This document shows positions 9,548 through 22,589 of a stretch of 64,000 nucleotides of DNA, piece by piece (the stretch's first letter is position 1; each line of letters opens with the position of its first letter). Made by a program: the position numbers and the translations under genes. The DNA is taken from positions 63,242,001-63,306,000 of the forward strand of contig CM059438.1 in assembly GCA_030390025.1 (NCBI GenBank), given 5' to 3'. This DNA is from Squalus acanthias. Taxonomy: Eukaryota. Below the pieces are notes generated by a model. It did not search any database. It was not told the DNA's origin and saw only the letters and a program-made list of their open reading frames with translations.

Positions 9548-11460
9548 GCTGGGGTTTCCACCATCTTTAGGAAAATTACTTGACTAGGAAAGAAGCCCAA
9601 GGGAGGATATGAGCCGCGTATAGCCCACCCCACCAACCGTTAACCCCAAACAAGGATCGAACTATCTATTTTTCTATGCTGGTTCCAGATTCAGCTATTT
9701 GTTGATTGCTGTGAGACTGTGGAGATTTTTATTATCTTGGAATACAGCAATGCTTTTTTTTTTGTTTTGAAATCTGTGTCATTGGCAGCCCGTGGGCAAA
9801 TTCTTGTAACATCACCTCCTTGTTCCAAGTTTATCTATGAAAACAAAGTCACTTTCTGTAGCAAGTCGGAGCTAAATTGCCAAAAAAATATTTGGCTCCT
9901 GCCAGTGAAAGATTTAAATGAGCTCACTGTCGGTTTTCAAAGATTGACGGTCAGATGTCAGCTTGAATTCACTCTCTCAAATTGCGATTATCAAAACTAA
10001 ATCTAAGGTGGCCAAGACCACCAGTCCAACTGCTTTCTACCTCTACTGTGACCACAACCAAAGCAGCTTTGTGGATGTTCCCCCTCGGAATATGGCTGCT
10101 GCCTGTTTATAGCGGGGGAAAAACAGCCACATTACAGTCCTAACCTTTTTTTTAGTGATGAACTGTCCATGTACCTACTTGCATCGGTAAAAGGGCAGTT
10201 TTCCCTTCATGTAAACATGTCCCAAGGTCGTAATTGTGGCATTTACTGCGTCAAACAGCTCACGCAACAAGGGTGCCAGAACCACATTAGTCACCTTTCC
10301 CGTCCATCTTTCTTGCTGAGAGGCTCTTGTGATGTCATTAAAACTGCACAACCCCTATTTTTCTCCCTCTTGCTAGTGAAGCTCCCACCAAGGGTAAATG
10401 TGAGGTAATACTTGAATTTTTATAGCACCTTATCGTGTCAGGATGCCTCAAAGTGCTTCACACAATTACCTATTTTAGGCAGTAACTTTTATTATGCGGG
10501 CAAATGTGGCGCCAACAAGTGGTTACACCAGCCAGAGGGAGAAATTGTTGATGCTCAGTTGTGTCTGGCCAGTAGAGGTGTTGAAGAGGGATTCTCGAGG
10601 ATTAAAGATCCAGTTACTGCAGTAAATTACTATTTAACTTCGACATTTGCTTTTGGTCCCTTCTTTGAAGTCTTCTGTGCAAACAGTGCGTGCTGTTAAC
10701 ATGGGGTGCGGGGGGGGGGGGCGGGGCGGCGAGGGGAACGAGCCGGTAATTGATTCCTGCCGCAGCTCGCACTCCTTCCCTAGTCAAATGTGCCGTGCAG
10801 CAACAAATAACTTCACTGCATAAAATCATCCACGAAACGTGAGCTAGGTGTTTCCCATAGCTGTGAGGCGTTGTTCAACAAGTACAGCGCACAGCTAAGC
10901 CATTGTTTTCCTCTTCACGGGACTGACGAATTGCAATTGTGTTATTCTAAGTTGTTCAAAGACTCGTGTCTTTCCATCCAGAGACAGCTGTGCCATAAGG
11001 TGCAATGTATAATTACCCAAATAGTTGGGTCCCTCTAAGCCAAAGAGAAGCTTCACAGAATTAGGGCATTCCGAGCGTTAAGCAGCTGACTCAACAAGGG
11101 TGCCAGAAGCACATTAGCCACATTCCCCACCCATCATTCTTGCTCAGAGGCTCTTTGTGATGCAGTTAAAACTGCACAACCCTACCATTTCCTAGACTTC
11201 TTTCAAAATAATGCTCAGAATAATGAAGCAGCATGCTATCAACTTGTAATTATGAAGACTTACAGTTGAATCATGATTTGACTCTAGCTGAAAACTTTTA
11301 CCTGTAAATTCAAATTTCCACTAACTCCAGAATAAAACTCTATTCGGAAATCTTTCTACCACAGCCCTTGTACCAAGTCTGAAGGATTTTACTGTCCCTT
11401 GAGTTGAGGGATCTCAGCTTTGGGACTATAAAGCCTATTTCCCTCCCTTCTGATGTTAGC

Positions 11461-14128
11461 TTTTTATTATTCATTCCTGGGATGTGGGCGTCGCTGGCAA
11501 GGCCAGCATTTATTGCCCATCCCTAATTGCCCTTGAGAAGGTGGTGGTGAGCCGCCTTCTTGAATCGCTGCAGTCCGTGTGGTGAAGGTACTCCCACAGT
11601 GCTGTTAGGGAGGGAGTTCCAGGATTTTGACCCAGCGACAACAAAGAAACGGTGATAAATTTCCAAGTCAGGATGGTGTGGGACTTGGAGGGGAACTTGG
11701 AGATGGTGGTGTTCCCATGCGCCTGCTGCCCTTGTCCTTCTAGGTGGTAGAGGTCATGGGTTTCGGAGGTGCAGCCGAAGACGCCTTGGTGAGTTGCTGC
11801 AGTGCATCTTGTAGATGGTACACACTGCAGCCACGGTGTGCTGGTGGTGGAGGAAGTGAATGTTTAAGGTGGTGGATGGGGTGCCAATCAATCGGACTGC
11901 TTTGTCCTGGATGGTATTGAGCTTCTTGACTGTTGTTGGAGCTGCACTCATCCAGGCAAGTGGAGAGTATTCCATCACACTCCTTACTTGTGCCTTGTAG
12001 ATGGTGGAAAGGCTTTGGGGAGTCAGGAGGTGAGACACTCGCCACAGAATACCCAGCTTCTGACCTGCTCTTGTAGCCACAGTATTTATGTGGCTGGTCC
12101 AGTAAAGTTTCTGGTCAATGGTGACCTCCAGGACGTTGATGGTGGGAGATTTGGCGATGGTAATGTCATTGAATGTCATGGGGCAGTGGTTAAGACTCTA
12201 TCTTGTTGGAGATAGTCATTGCCTGGCACTTGTGTGGCGCGAATGTTACCCATCACTTATCAGCCCAAGCCCAAATGTTGTCCAGGTCTTGCTGTATGCA
12301 GGCATGGACTGCTTCATTATCTGAGGAGTTGCGAGTGCAACTGAACTCTGTGCAATCTTCAGCGAACATCCCCACTTCTGACCTTATGATGAAGTGAAGG
12401 TCATTGATGAAGCAGCTGAAGATGGTTGGGCCTAGGACACTGCCCTGAGGAACTCTTGCAGCAATGTCCTGGGGCTGAGATGATTGGTGTCCAACAACCA
12501 CAACCATCTTCCTTTGTGCTAGGTATGACTCCAACCAGTGGAGAGTTTTCCCCCTGATTCCCATTGACTTCAATTTTACTAGGGCTCCTTGATGCCACAC
12601 TCGGTCAAATGCTGCCTTGATGTCAAGGACAATCACTCTCGCCTCCCCTCTGGAATTCAGCTCTTTTGTCCATGTTTGGACCAAGGCTGTAATGAGGTTT
12701 GGAACCGAGTGGTCCGGGCATAACCCAAACTGAACATCGGTGAGCAGGTTATTGGTGAGTAAGTGCCGCTTGATAGCACTGTTGACGACACCTTCCATCA
12801 CTTTGCTGATAATTGAGAGGAGACTGATGGGGCGGTAATTGGCTGGAGTGGATTTATCCTGCTTTTTGTGGACAGGACGTACCTGTGCAGTTTTCCACAT
12901 TGTCGGGTAGATGCCAGTGTTGTAGCTGTACTGGAACAGCTTGGCTAGAGGCACGGCTAGTTCTGGAGCATTAGTCTTCAGCACGACAGCCGGGATGTTA
13001 TCAGGGCCCATAGCCTTTGCTGTATCCAGTGCGCTCAGCCGTTTCTTGATATCACGTGGAGTGAATCGAATTGGCTGAAGACTGGCTTTTGTGATGGTGG
13101 GGACCTGAGGAGTAGGCCGATATGGATCATCCACTCAGCCCTTCTGGCTGAAGATGGTTACAAATGCTTCAGCCTTGTCTTTTGCACTTGCGTGATTGGC
13201 TCCACCATCATTGAGGATGGGGATGTTCACGGAGCCTCCTCCTCGTGTTTTTTGTTTAATTGTCCACCACTATTCACGACTGGATGTGGCAGGACTGCAG
13301 AGCTTTGCTCTGATCAATTGGTTATGTGATCACTTAGCTCTGTCTATAGCATGCTGCTTCTGCTGTTTCGCATCCATGTATTCCTGTGTTGCAACTTCCC
13401 CAAGTTGGCACCTCATTTTTAGGTACACCTGGTGCTGCTCCTGGCATGCTCTTCTGTGTAGAAGAGCATGCCAGGAGCAGCACCAGGTGTACCTAAAAAT
13501 GTTCCTCATTGAACCAGGGCTGGTCCCCTGGCTTGATGGTAATGGTAGAGTGAGGGATGTGCCGGGCCATGAGGTTACAGATTGTGCTGCTGATAGCCCA
13601 CAGCGCCTCATGGATGCCTAGTTTTGAGCTGCTAGATCTGTTCTGAATCTATCTCATTTCGCACGGTGGTAGTGCCACACAACACAATGGAGGGTGTCCT
13701 CAGTGTGAAGATGGGACTTCGTCTCCACAAGGACTGTACGATGGCCACTCCTACCAATACTCTCATGGATAGATGCATCTGCGACAGGTAGATTGGTGAG
13801 GACGAGGTCAAGTAGGTTTTTCCCCTCGTCTTCGTTCTCTCTCTACCTGCCGCAGGCCACACCTGGCAGCTATCTCCTTCAGGACTCAGCCAGCTCAGTC
13901 AGTAGTAGTGCTACCAAGCCACTCGTGGTGTTGGACATTGAAGTCTCCAACCCAGAGTACATTCTGTGCTCTTGCTACCCTCAGTGCTTCTTCCAAGTGG
14001 TGTTCAACATGGAGGAGTACTGATTCATCAGCTGAGGATGGGCAGTAGGTGGTAATCAGCAGGAGGTTTCTTTGCCCATGATTGACCTGAAGCCATGAGA
14101 CTTCATGGGGCCCGGAGTCAATGTTGAG
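11461..14128 (-). mobile_element. CR1-group LINE (family L-A), 5'-truncated, EN-RT ORF2 with stops and frameshifts
   Basis: ORFs 12253-13134 (YRPISLLS...LDIKAAFDRVWH...VPQGSVLGP) and 11754-12179. It is the reverse complement of the element at 26563-29810. Confidence 0.93.
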
Positions 14129-14689
14129 TGTGCAGTGTGTTGGAGAGTGTATCTCCCTCCATTGGAAAAATGCCCGTTAACCCCCCACTATCATACGGCG
14201 ATCCCCACATCAGCCATCTTAGTGGCCTTTCTGACAAACCGCTATTTCGTTATGAAGTGATGCCAAATTGTGGGGAATTCTGGACTGTCCACACAACCCT
14301 ATCCCAGCCAGCGTACAAATGATCAAATGTATTTCACCAATAACCCTAATAAAGGCCAGAGAGAGCATAAATGGCAACTCCGCAAACTGCCCAACAGCTT
14401 GAAAGAGCTGGCACGGCCCCCAAAAAGCTGCCAACACAAAAATGCTCCTGGCGTGTGAAATCAAGTAATTGAGTGGGGTTTGTACCTTCAGTGTTGTTCA
14501 CACATTCCTTCATTTGTATTCAGGAAACATCAGTCCATGAAAGGTTAAAGGGGAAATCCAATTGCGGAAGGCACAATATTGGTGGTGCATTTCTGGGAGG
14601 GTGGAGAGTCGCAAGAGAATGCGCCCCAGAAAAATAATGATTATTTTACATTAAAAACATTTATTGTAGTTACTTTTTGTACTTTGCAA

Positions 14690-16815
14690 TTAATAGATTT
14701 TTAATTTTATAAAAGTTGAAAAACAAAGCTATTATTTGGGTTGCCAGTAGACCAGCCAGACCATCATTCAGCCAAACGTTAATCCAACAGTCACTCTCAC
14801 ATCTCCAGCCATTAGGGAACAATTGAGGGTAAGGAAAGAGGCATACATTAACTACATAGAGAGCAGGGGAGTGCATGATAAGGGAGAATATGAAGAGATT
14901 AGGAGAGAAGTTAAAAAAAAAACAATTAGGAAGGCAAAGAGGAACTATGAAATTAAATTATCAAGGAACATAAAATAGTAAAATATTTGACAGGCACATC
15001 AATTAGAAAAAAGAAGGTTGAGATGGGAATAGGGCCATTAAGAGATAAACAGGATAATACCATAGGTAACGATAGAGAGATGGCCGAAATATTAAATAAT
15101 TATTTTGCTTCAGTATTTACCAGGGAGATAGAACAGGTGGACATGACATTAGATGACGAGATTAGTAATGAGATAAGTGCATTTAAAATAAAAAGAGGGG
15201 ATATATTAAATAAACTAATCAAACTCAGAGGATAAAACCCCTGGTCCAGATGGATTGCATCCACGCATTTTAAAAGAATCTATGGAAGAGATAGCAGAGG
15301 CATTACTACACATATTTAATAATTCTTTAGAAAAAGGTGTAGTGCCAGAGGACTGGCAGATAGCTAACGTAATACCTATATTTAAGAAGAGGGATAGAAC
15401 ATGTCCAGGGAATTATAGACCAGTCAGCTTAACATCGATGGTAGGAAAAATAATGGAATCCCTACTAAAGGAGAAAATAGAAGAACATCTAGAAACCAAA
15501 AATATAATAATGAATAGTCAGCATGGATTTCAAGGGAAAGTCTTGCTTGACCAATCGCATTGAATTTTTTGAAGAGGTAACAAAGAGAGAGTAGACAATG
15601 TTAATGCAGTAGATGTAATTTATCTAGATTTTCAAAAGGCCTTCGATAAGGTACCCCTATAATAGACTGATGAACAAGGTCACAGAATGCGGAGTCAGGG
15701 GACAAGTAGCAGAATGGATAGCTAGCTGGCTTCAAGACAAAAAGCAGAGAGTAGGGGTAAAGGGTAGCTATTCACAGTGGCGGAAGGTGGGTAGTGGTGT
15801 TCCACAAGGATCAGTGCTGTGACCACTGTTGTTCACAATTTATATTAACGATTTAGACTTTGGAATCAAAAACACAATTTCTAAATTTGTGGATGACACC
15901 AAATTGGGGGGATAGTCAATACTGAGGAGGACTGCGACAAATTACAGGAGGACATTAATAAACTTGCAGAATGGGCATATAATTGGCAAATGAAGTTCAA
16001 CACAGATAAATGTGAGCTACTATATTTTGGTAGGAAGAATAGGGAGGTGCTTGGAGGGTACGAGTCTGGGTGGGTTAGAGGAACAAAGGGATCTCAGAGT
16101 ACAAATATACAAATAACTAAAAGTAGCGACACAGGTTAACAAGGCCATAAAAAAAGCAAACCAAGCACTAGGGTTTATTTCTAGAGGGATAGAATTGAAA
16201 AGTAGGGAAGTTATGCTAAACCTGTATCGCACCTTGGTTAGACCACACTTAAGAGTACCGCGTACAGTTCTGGTCACCATATTATAAAAAGGATATAAAG
16301 GCACAGGAAAGGGTGCAGAGAAGATTTACAAGGATGATGCCAGAAATGTGAGGGTATACATATCAGGAAAGGATGAACAGGCTGGGTCTCTTTTCTCTTG
16401 GAAAAAAGAAGGCTGAGGGGTGACCTAATAGAGGTCTTTAAAATTATGAAAGGTTTTGATAGAGTGGATACAGAGAGAATGTTTCCACTTGTGGGGAAGA
16501 GCATAACTAGAAGCCATCAATATAAGATAGTCACCAAGAAATCCAATAGGGAATTCAGAAGAAACTTCTTTACCCAAAGAGTGGTGAGAATGTGGAACAC
16601 ATTACCACGGGGAGTGGTTGAAGCGAAAAGTATAGATGCATTTAAGGGGAGGCTAGACAAGCATATGTGGGAGAAGGGAATAGAGGGTTACGCTGATAGA
16701 TTTAGATGAAGAAAGACGGGAGGAGGCTCGAATGGAGCATAAACGCCAGCATGGACTGGTTGGGCCGATTGGCCTATTTCTGTGCCGTATATCCTATGTA
16801 TTTAATCCTATGTAT
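14690..16815 (+). mobile_element. CR1 LINE, 5'-truncated and degenerate
   Basis: ORF pieces HPRILKE...NYRPVSLTS and EKRRLRGDLIEVFK; 3' tail with repeated atcctatgta. Confidence 0.93.
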
Positions 16816-17127
16816 GTAAACCCTCCACAGTCACAGTTCACGAAGGTACTCTACCCACTCTGGACTCAGTTCACAGGGACAGTGCAGCCCATCTAACTCC
16901 CCACCCTTTCACAGAGAATCTCTCCTCTCCTCCAACCTTCCCAGTTCATACAGGCACTCCTCCTCCCCATCAATTTAACCGCATGCGAGTTTTTTTCAAT
17001 TTAAAAGGCAGCTCACCCACCGCGCAGGGGCCCTGGAGTGCACAGCCACGCAGCTTAAAGGGAACATTGTTCATATGTATCATTCACAGCTACTACTCCT
17101 TCCTTCTCAGCTACATTATCGTCCATT

Positions 17128-17505
17128 AAGAGGAGATTTGATAGAGGTGTTCAAAATCATGAAGTGTTTTAATAGAGTAAATAAGGTGAAACTGTTTCCA
17201 CTGGGATAAGGATCAGTAACCAGAGGACACAGATTTAAGGTAATTGGCATCAGAGCCAGAGGTGACATTAGGAGAATAAATTATACGCAGCGATTTGTTG
17301 TGATCTGGAATGCGCTGCCTGAAAGGGTGGTGGAAGCAGATTCAATAGTAACTTTCAAAAGGGAATTAGATAAATACCTGAAGGAGAGAAAATTGCAGCG
17401 CTATGGGGAAAAAGCAGGGGTGAATTGGATAGATCTTTCAAAGAGCTGGCACAGGCATGATGGGCCGAACGGCCTCCTTCTGTACTGTAAGGTTCTTTGA
17501 TTCTA
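17128..17505 (+). mobile_element. CR1 3' fragment
   Basis: LRGDLIEVFKIMK...WNALPERVVEA plus CR1 3' UTR. Confidence 0.85.
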
Positions 17506-18108
17506 TTTACCCCTTTCCTCTATTGCCATCCCTTCTCCCCCTTTCACTTCTATCCGTCCCTCTCCCCACCTACCTGCTCCTATCTGAGTCCCCAGTTGCT
17601 AATGGACAGGATTTCAGCCTCTGTATACAACAAGTGGGAACAATCCTGACCATAACGGTGGAAGCAAGATTGAGAGGAGACAGGATCCTGTTCCAGTGCA
17701 TTGAGCACCAGACTCTAGAGGAGCGAGATTAGGGTCAGAGGGGCCCCCCTCTGCACTGACTTTTGTCTTTAAATGCAGGTGCACTGACCAGGCCAGACCA
17801 GGGTCCCAAAAAATGGTATGTATGGAGAGAGAGAGACAAACGTATATCCCAGTAAACTGGATTTAAGGACCATGTGTTAAATTACTGTGCTGCCCAGTTC
17901 TCTCAGAACTATAAAAATTCTGTGATATGCTCCTGTCAATAGGAGGGAAGAAGTGTTTAGTCGTGATGCTCTGGCCATCATGGGTGTGGGGCAGGCTTGA
18001 TGGACCAGCTGGTCTTTTGCTACCCTTCAATTTCATATGTTCGAAAGTGTTGTTTTATTGCATGATTCTCGATGCATATCCTCTGATGTTATCCTTCTCT
18101 TTCTTCAG

Positions 18109-18144
18109 GCTCAACTTTCGTTCAACACGGACACCCTGTGCTGA
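18109..18144 (+). CDS. ABCA2: ABCA2 last coding exon: AQLSFNTDTLC*
   Basis: Strong pyrimidine tract ending ttcttcag, then GCT CAA CTT TCG TTC AAC ACG GAC ACC CTG TGC TGA. This is the ABCA2 C-terminus as I recall it from human. Confidence 0.95.
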   Translation, partial: AQLSFNTDTLC

Positions 18145-21100
18145 GTAGATGAAGTCCCATGAAGATTTCCATCTCTGAAGCCCATGTACACGACATTTGA
18201 CAACTTTGCATCATCCCGGCACAAGACTAAGGGCAGTGCCGGGAAGGGGGGGTGGACATGACTGTCTGTCGGGTCAATAGTTCCTTCGAGCTGAAACACT
18301 TCGGATGGAGACGTTAAACCCATTAACCAGCAGAGAACGCTGCTTCGTTGGCGCGAGCGGTTTTGGTACCCATGCATTGCTTCTGGGTCGTATTGGCGAA
18401 GTAGATCTCCAACGAACATGAGTCCGTTGCATTTTATTTAATGCAGAGCTGTTTTATTTTAACGCACTGTCAAAAAAAAAAGTGTATAATACCTGTCTGC
18501 TGTGTACTGAAATATTTAAAAAAAATATTTTTTAAGAACAGTGTAGAAGTGATGAGCAAAACATTTAGGATCCTTATTTTTAATTATAAAAACATTGTAA
18601 ACACTCAGATTTTTAACCCTTTTCACAACAAGTGCATGAATTTAGCCAATGCACCCTGGGCCTGTGGCCTACAGACCTGTACAGTGAAATCCAGACTACA
18701 AATTAGGCCTAACCTTGAAAAGTCTTAAGTGCAACTCCACTTCGTGCACATAACAGTAACTCAAATGCTAACAGCAAGTCTAAATTACTGCCAGTGTTTG
18801 TTGGATGGTAACCTAGAATGTTATAGGGAGGAGTTGGTGGTTTGTCCATCGATGGCAGTCTGGCTTCCACTAAATGATTAGGATTTTACATTTCAGAATT
18901 AGAAAAGTCAGGATCTTTTGAATTATTATCCAGTGGGTAGTGTCCTAGGAATTGAAATACGCTTATATTTTTTCAGCCCCTACTTCTGGGGAAAAACGCA
19001 TCTGTAAGCAGATTATTACCATCTGAGTAAACCTTGTGACTATTTATAAATAAGACATCTCATTACCACTCTTTGAACCCACCCACGCGCTATTGATTAG
19101 ATCTATGAAACTTAAACGAGGGCAAACCAAAATCTTACTGTTACCCTGCTCCTGACATTGTCCCTACACTTCTGCTCGACCTGTCCCTTTTCTTAAAACC
19201 ATAGTACATCCTTCAGGCCTCTATTCCATGTACTTGGTTGACATTCTCTTCACGTTAACATATTATTGAAGACAAAATGCATGCAAATGAGCCCACCTGA
19301 TTTATTCCACCTCGTAACAATCACTTGCACCAAATGAGCATGGAATAAAAGGGTTCAATTACGACAGCACAAATGAGACCTGTGTGGTACAGGATACTAT
19401 ATGGGATTAGTTACCATTTTCCAAGGCTGCCTTCTGCTGCCTGACTCATGTTTGCCCCTGAAGCAGCTCTTCCTAAATGGTTCTGACACACTTTGGGTGA
19501 TATATTGTCTTTAATATGCAGACATTTATTTCTTTATCTTGTAAATGTACCAACAGGCAAGTGTTCGCGACAGACAAGTGTTTGCGACAGCCCATGCAAC
19601 TACCTTCTAAGCTAAAGTAAAGCACAGAAATGTAATAGAAACCGAATGAAGGCCCCATTTGGCTATAAAATAAAATGTAATGTTCATCTAACTCTTTTAA
19701 AATCTTTAAATGTTTATTTCACTCGACCTTCAGCCTATCCCTTGGTAGCTATATTGGAAATAAATTAATTTTAAAAGGAGATGCTGCCATAACCTCAGAC
19801 ACAAGGTCAAAACACACGCCGAGCCAAGGCTCACATGCATCGCATAAGGAGAAGAGAGTTGATCTTTTCAATTATACCAATGCTTCCCACCCCAAACAGA
19901 ATGGTGCATGTTGAAAAATCTCTGAGTGTTTACAATGAGCTGCAGTACAGGACTACAACTTCTCTTGAAGGTGCTTTATTTAAAATAAGCATCAGCAACA
20001 CGACAAAGAGTGCAAATGTAACCTCAAATGCTGTTATTCGAGGTGGACACTCTACTAATGCAGCTGATTATTGCAAAGATTCTAAACGGAACGCATCGAG
20101 ATAATAACTCTCATTTAAAATGGAATGCCTCATCTATATATATATATTTTTTCCCTTTTACTTGGAAAGCATCTCCCACAGTGGTCCTAATGTTAAAGTA
20201 ACATTGAAGTTGGCCTCCAATTCCGTTGCATCGCTGCGATAAAGTGACCTCAGGTGATTGTCTGTGTCCACCTTCAGTGCTGTCTGTCACTCAGGTGGGT
20301 GTGACTATGTTGCTGAGCCTCCAATCCAATGGCGACCTTGGACACTGGCCACACCCATGTACCTGGCAGACAATTGGAACAGTCAAGAAATCTAAATGAT
20401 CCTCAGATTACTGCATCCCAGTCATTCCGTGGAACCAGGGAGTGCCTGTCTTTCTTTTATTTTTGAAGATTAGTTATTTTGGTCATTCAGAGCTTTGGAA
20501 TTAAATGATGAAAGTTGTGGGCCGGGAGGGGAGAGATGGCAGTTTTAAGTTGACTTTTATCTTTCGGTACATCTCCATGGCAACCAGTGCAATGAAAATA
20601 AAGAATAATCAGTAAGGGATTTTTTTTTGCATCATTAGAACTTAATCTGCATTGTTAATTTTGACCTTGCTTGAGAAGGCAGAGTTTAAAGAGACTCATG
20701 GAAAGTAACTTGACATTTAATTCTGTCACATTTATATTTTCATTTTTTTTCTCCTGCTTTCTGTATTTTAATTTTCATTTGATTTGAAGATTTCCTTGTT
20801 AAGTGTGAACAAATTATGTTGTTTTTTTCTTTAAACGTTAACTGCTTGAACCCTGACATTGTATTGTGCCTTGCAGCCTCTTAATGTCATATCTTACCCC
20901 ACGCACTTAAACACAAGGGACCTGAATGTTTGGAAGGCTGCATCCTGTCTGAGAAAAAGTGCTAAAAAGCTTGGCTCAAACCCCCCCCCCCCCCCCACCA
21001 GAGAGTATGAGACACATGGATTTCTGTATCGTGTAAAAGAAGAAAATCCAATGTAGAACAAGGTAAAGGGGGTGAGCATTTCCATCAAAACCCTTTCTTT

Positions 21101-22330
21101 AGAAAAAAAATCAAATCGTCACATAGCGTATCTATTCACTTCCACATAGTTGTGGTTTTCTCTTGTTACTGTCCCTTCTTGGTTTGTTTGCGGAATATCG
21201 ATTAACAGTGGACGGTGAGGGGGAAGAACTGGATTTGGAGGAGTTACTGAACCCAGCGATGTGATGCAACTAAATTAACTTGTAGCTTGCTGAAGCACCC
21301 TGACAGGCTTGGCTGCTACATTTCCACTGATGCTACAACCCAGCTCCCACTTAATGAACAAATGTAATGCAATAAAGTGCTGCCATCATCGACTTGGATG
21401 TGGGCACCATTACCTTAATAAGCATCACTATTAGGAACAGCTGGACTGTTCAATATAAACCCTCCAGATAATGGAGGGCCTTTAAGTTCGCTTTCCAATA
21501 GGGTAATTTCCCTTTTTAAAAAAAAATAGAAAATCAGGATTTCTCTCATGTTTGTTCTCTATAATTCTTTAATGTGGGCCTTCCTGCATTACATCCACAA
21601 AGTGGCAAAGCCACCCAACTAACATGCTACTCCAAAGTGGGTGCCAATAAATTTTATAAAGGATTTATACCAACCAACCTGGTTGGTCCCAGTCCATTCT
21701 AATGCAGGAGAGGGTGGTGATACAAGCCTGGTACCGTGAGCATCACAAGTTATTGTAAAAAAGAAAATAGTACATGAGCAATGCAACGGTATTAACAGTA
21801 GCCCTTTATGGCCATAATCCTCATTGCTGAGTCTGAGCAAATGTCCATTTAAAACTTTGGTATCAGTATACCATTCCTATTGGTCTCTCATCCCTCTTAA
21901 TCTTTCAACTCCAGTGGCAAGGCCCCCAGAGCTTTTCCTGACATATGGTTTCCAGTTTTCAAAATAAAATTCTTTTCATCGATTTTTGCCCAGACCCTCC
22001 CTCTCCTCCAGAACCTTGTGCTTGCACACTCTTGTATATTTTTGCAAAAATCTTTGTGTGTCTGGCCTGTTGAGCTGAGCTTTTGACCCTCGATTTATTT
22101 GTGTGTCAATGGAATTGTTGACGTGCCTGTTCGTGAGAGCAGTGGACGTGTTAAGTAGTGTCATTTTTGCACATTCCTGTGTGTGTGTCTCTTGTCTTTT
22201 ATGGGGTATTTCTGACTATTGGGCTAGAAGCGCCCTGCATTGCTGTAATGTTTTCAGTTCAGGGCAATGACAGAACGGCCTGTATATTGCTAGCAAGAAC
22301 AAAATAAATATTTGTTTTGTTGTATAAAAC
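18145..22330 (+). other. ABCA2: Probable long ABCA2 3' UTR, with candidate distal poly(A) signal AATAAA at 22303-22308
   Basis: About 4.2 kb of AT-rich sequence after the stop codon with no recognisable TE, in an otherwise TE-dense window. There are several AATAAA hexamers; the last is followed by U/GU-rich sequence and TEs resume shortly after. Confidence 0.65.
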
Positions 22331-22589
22331 TTTTTCGGAGAGGCTTTGCCTTTTCATTTGGATTGTGATACTTGGATGAAGAACATAAGAAAAATTCGGA
22401 GGGCCTTTCACCCCATCATGCCCATCCCATCCATTATTCCCTTGTGTACTTCTCCTGATACCACTAAGCTATATTGATCTTCCAGTTTAAGGAACCATAA
22501 GTCCCTTCTGCTCTTGCCCCTTAATAAAATATCAAGCAGTACTATATCTACCACTGTACTAAGTGGGGTAGACTAAGGAGAGAAAAAGC

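Noticed and set aside
7356..9636. Long repetitive ORFs on both strands (up to 448 aa; His/Cys-rich or SVYQTSARP repeats)
   Set aside because: By-products of a 27-bp (multiple of 3) minisatellite within an intron. Several frames are open at once and there is no splice or domain support.
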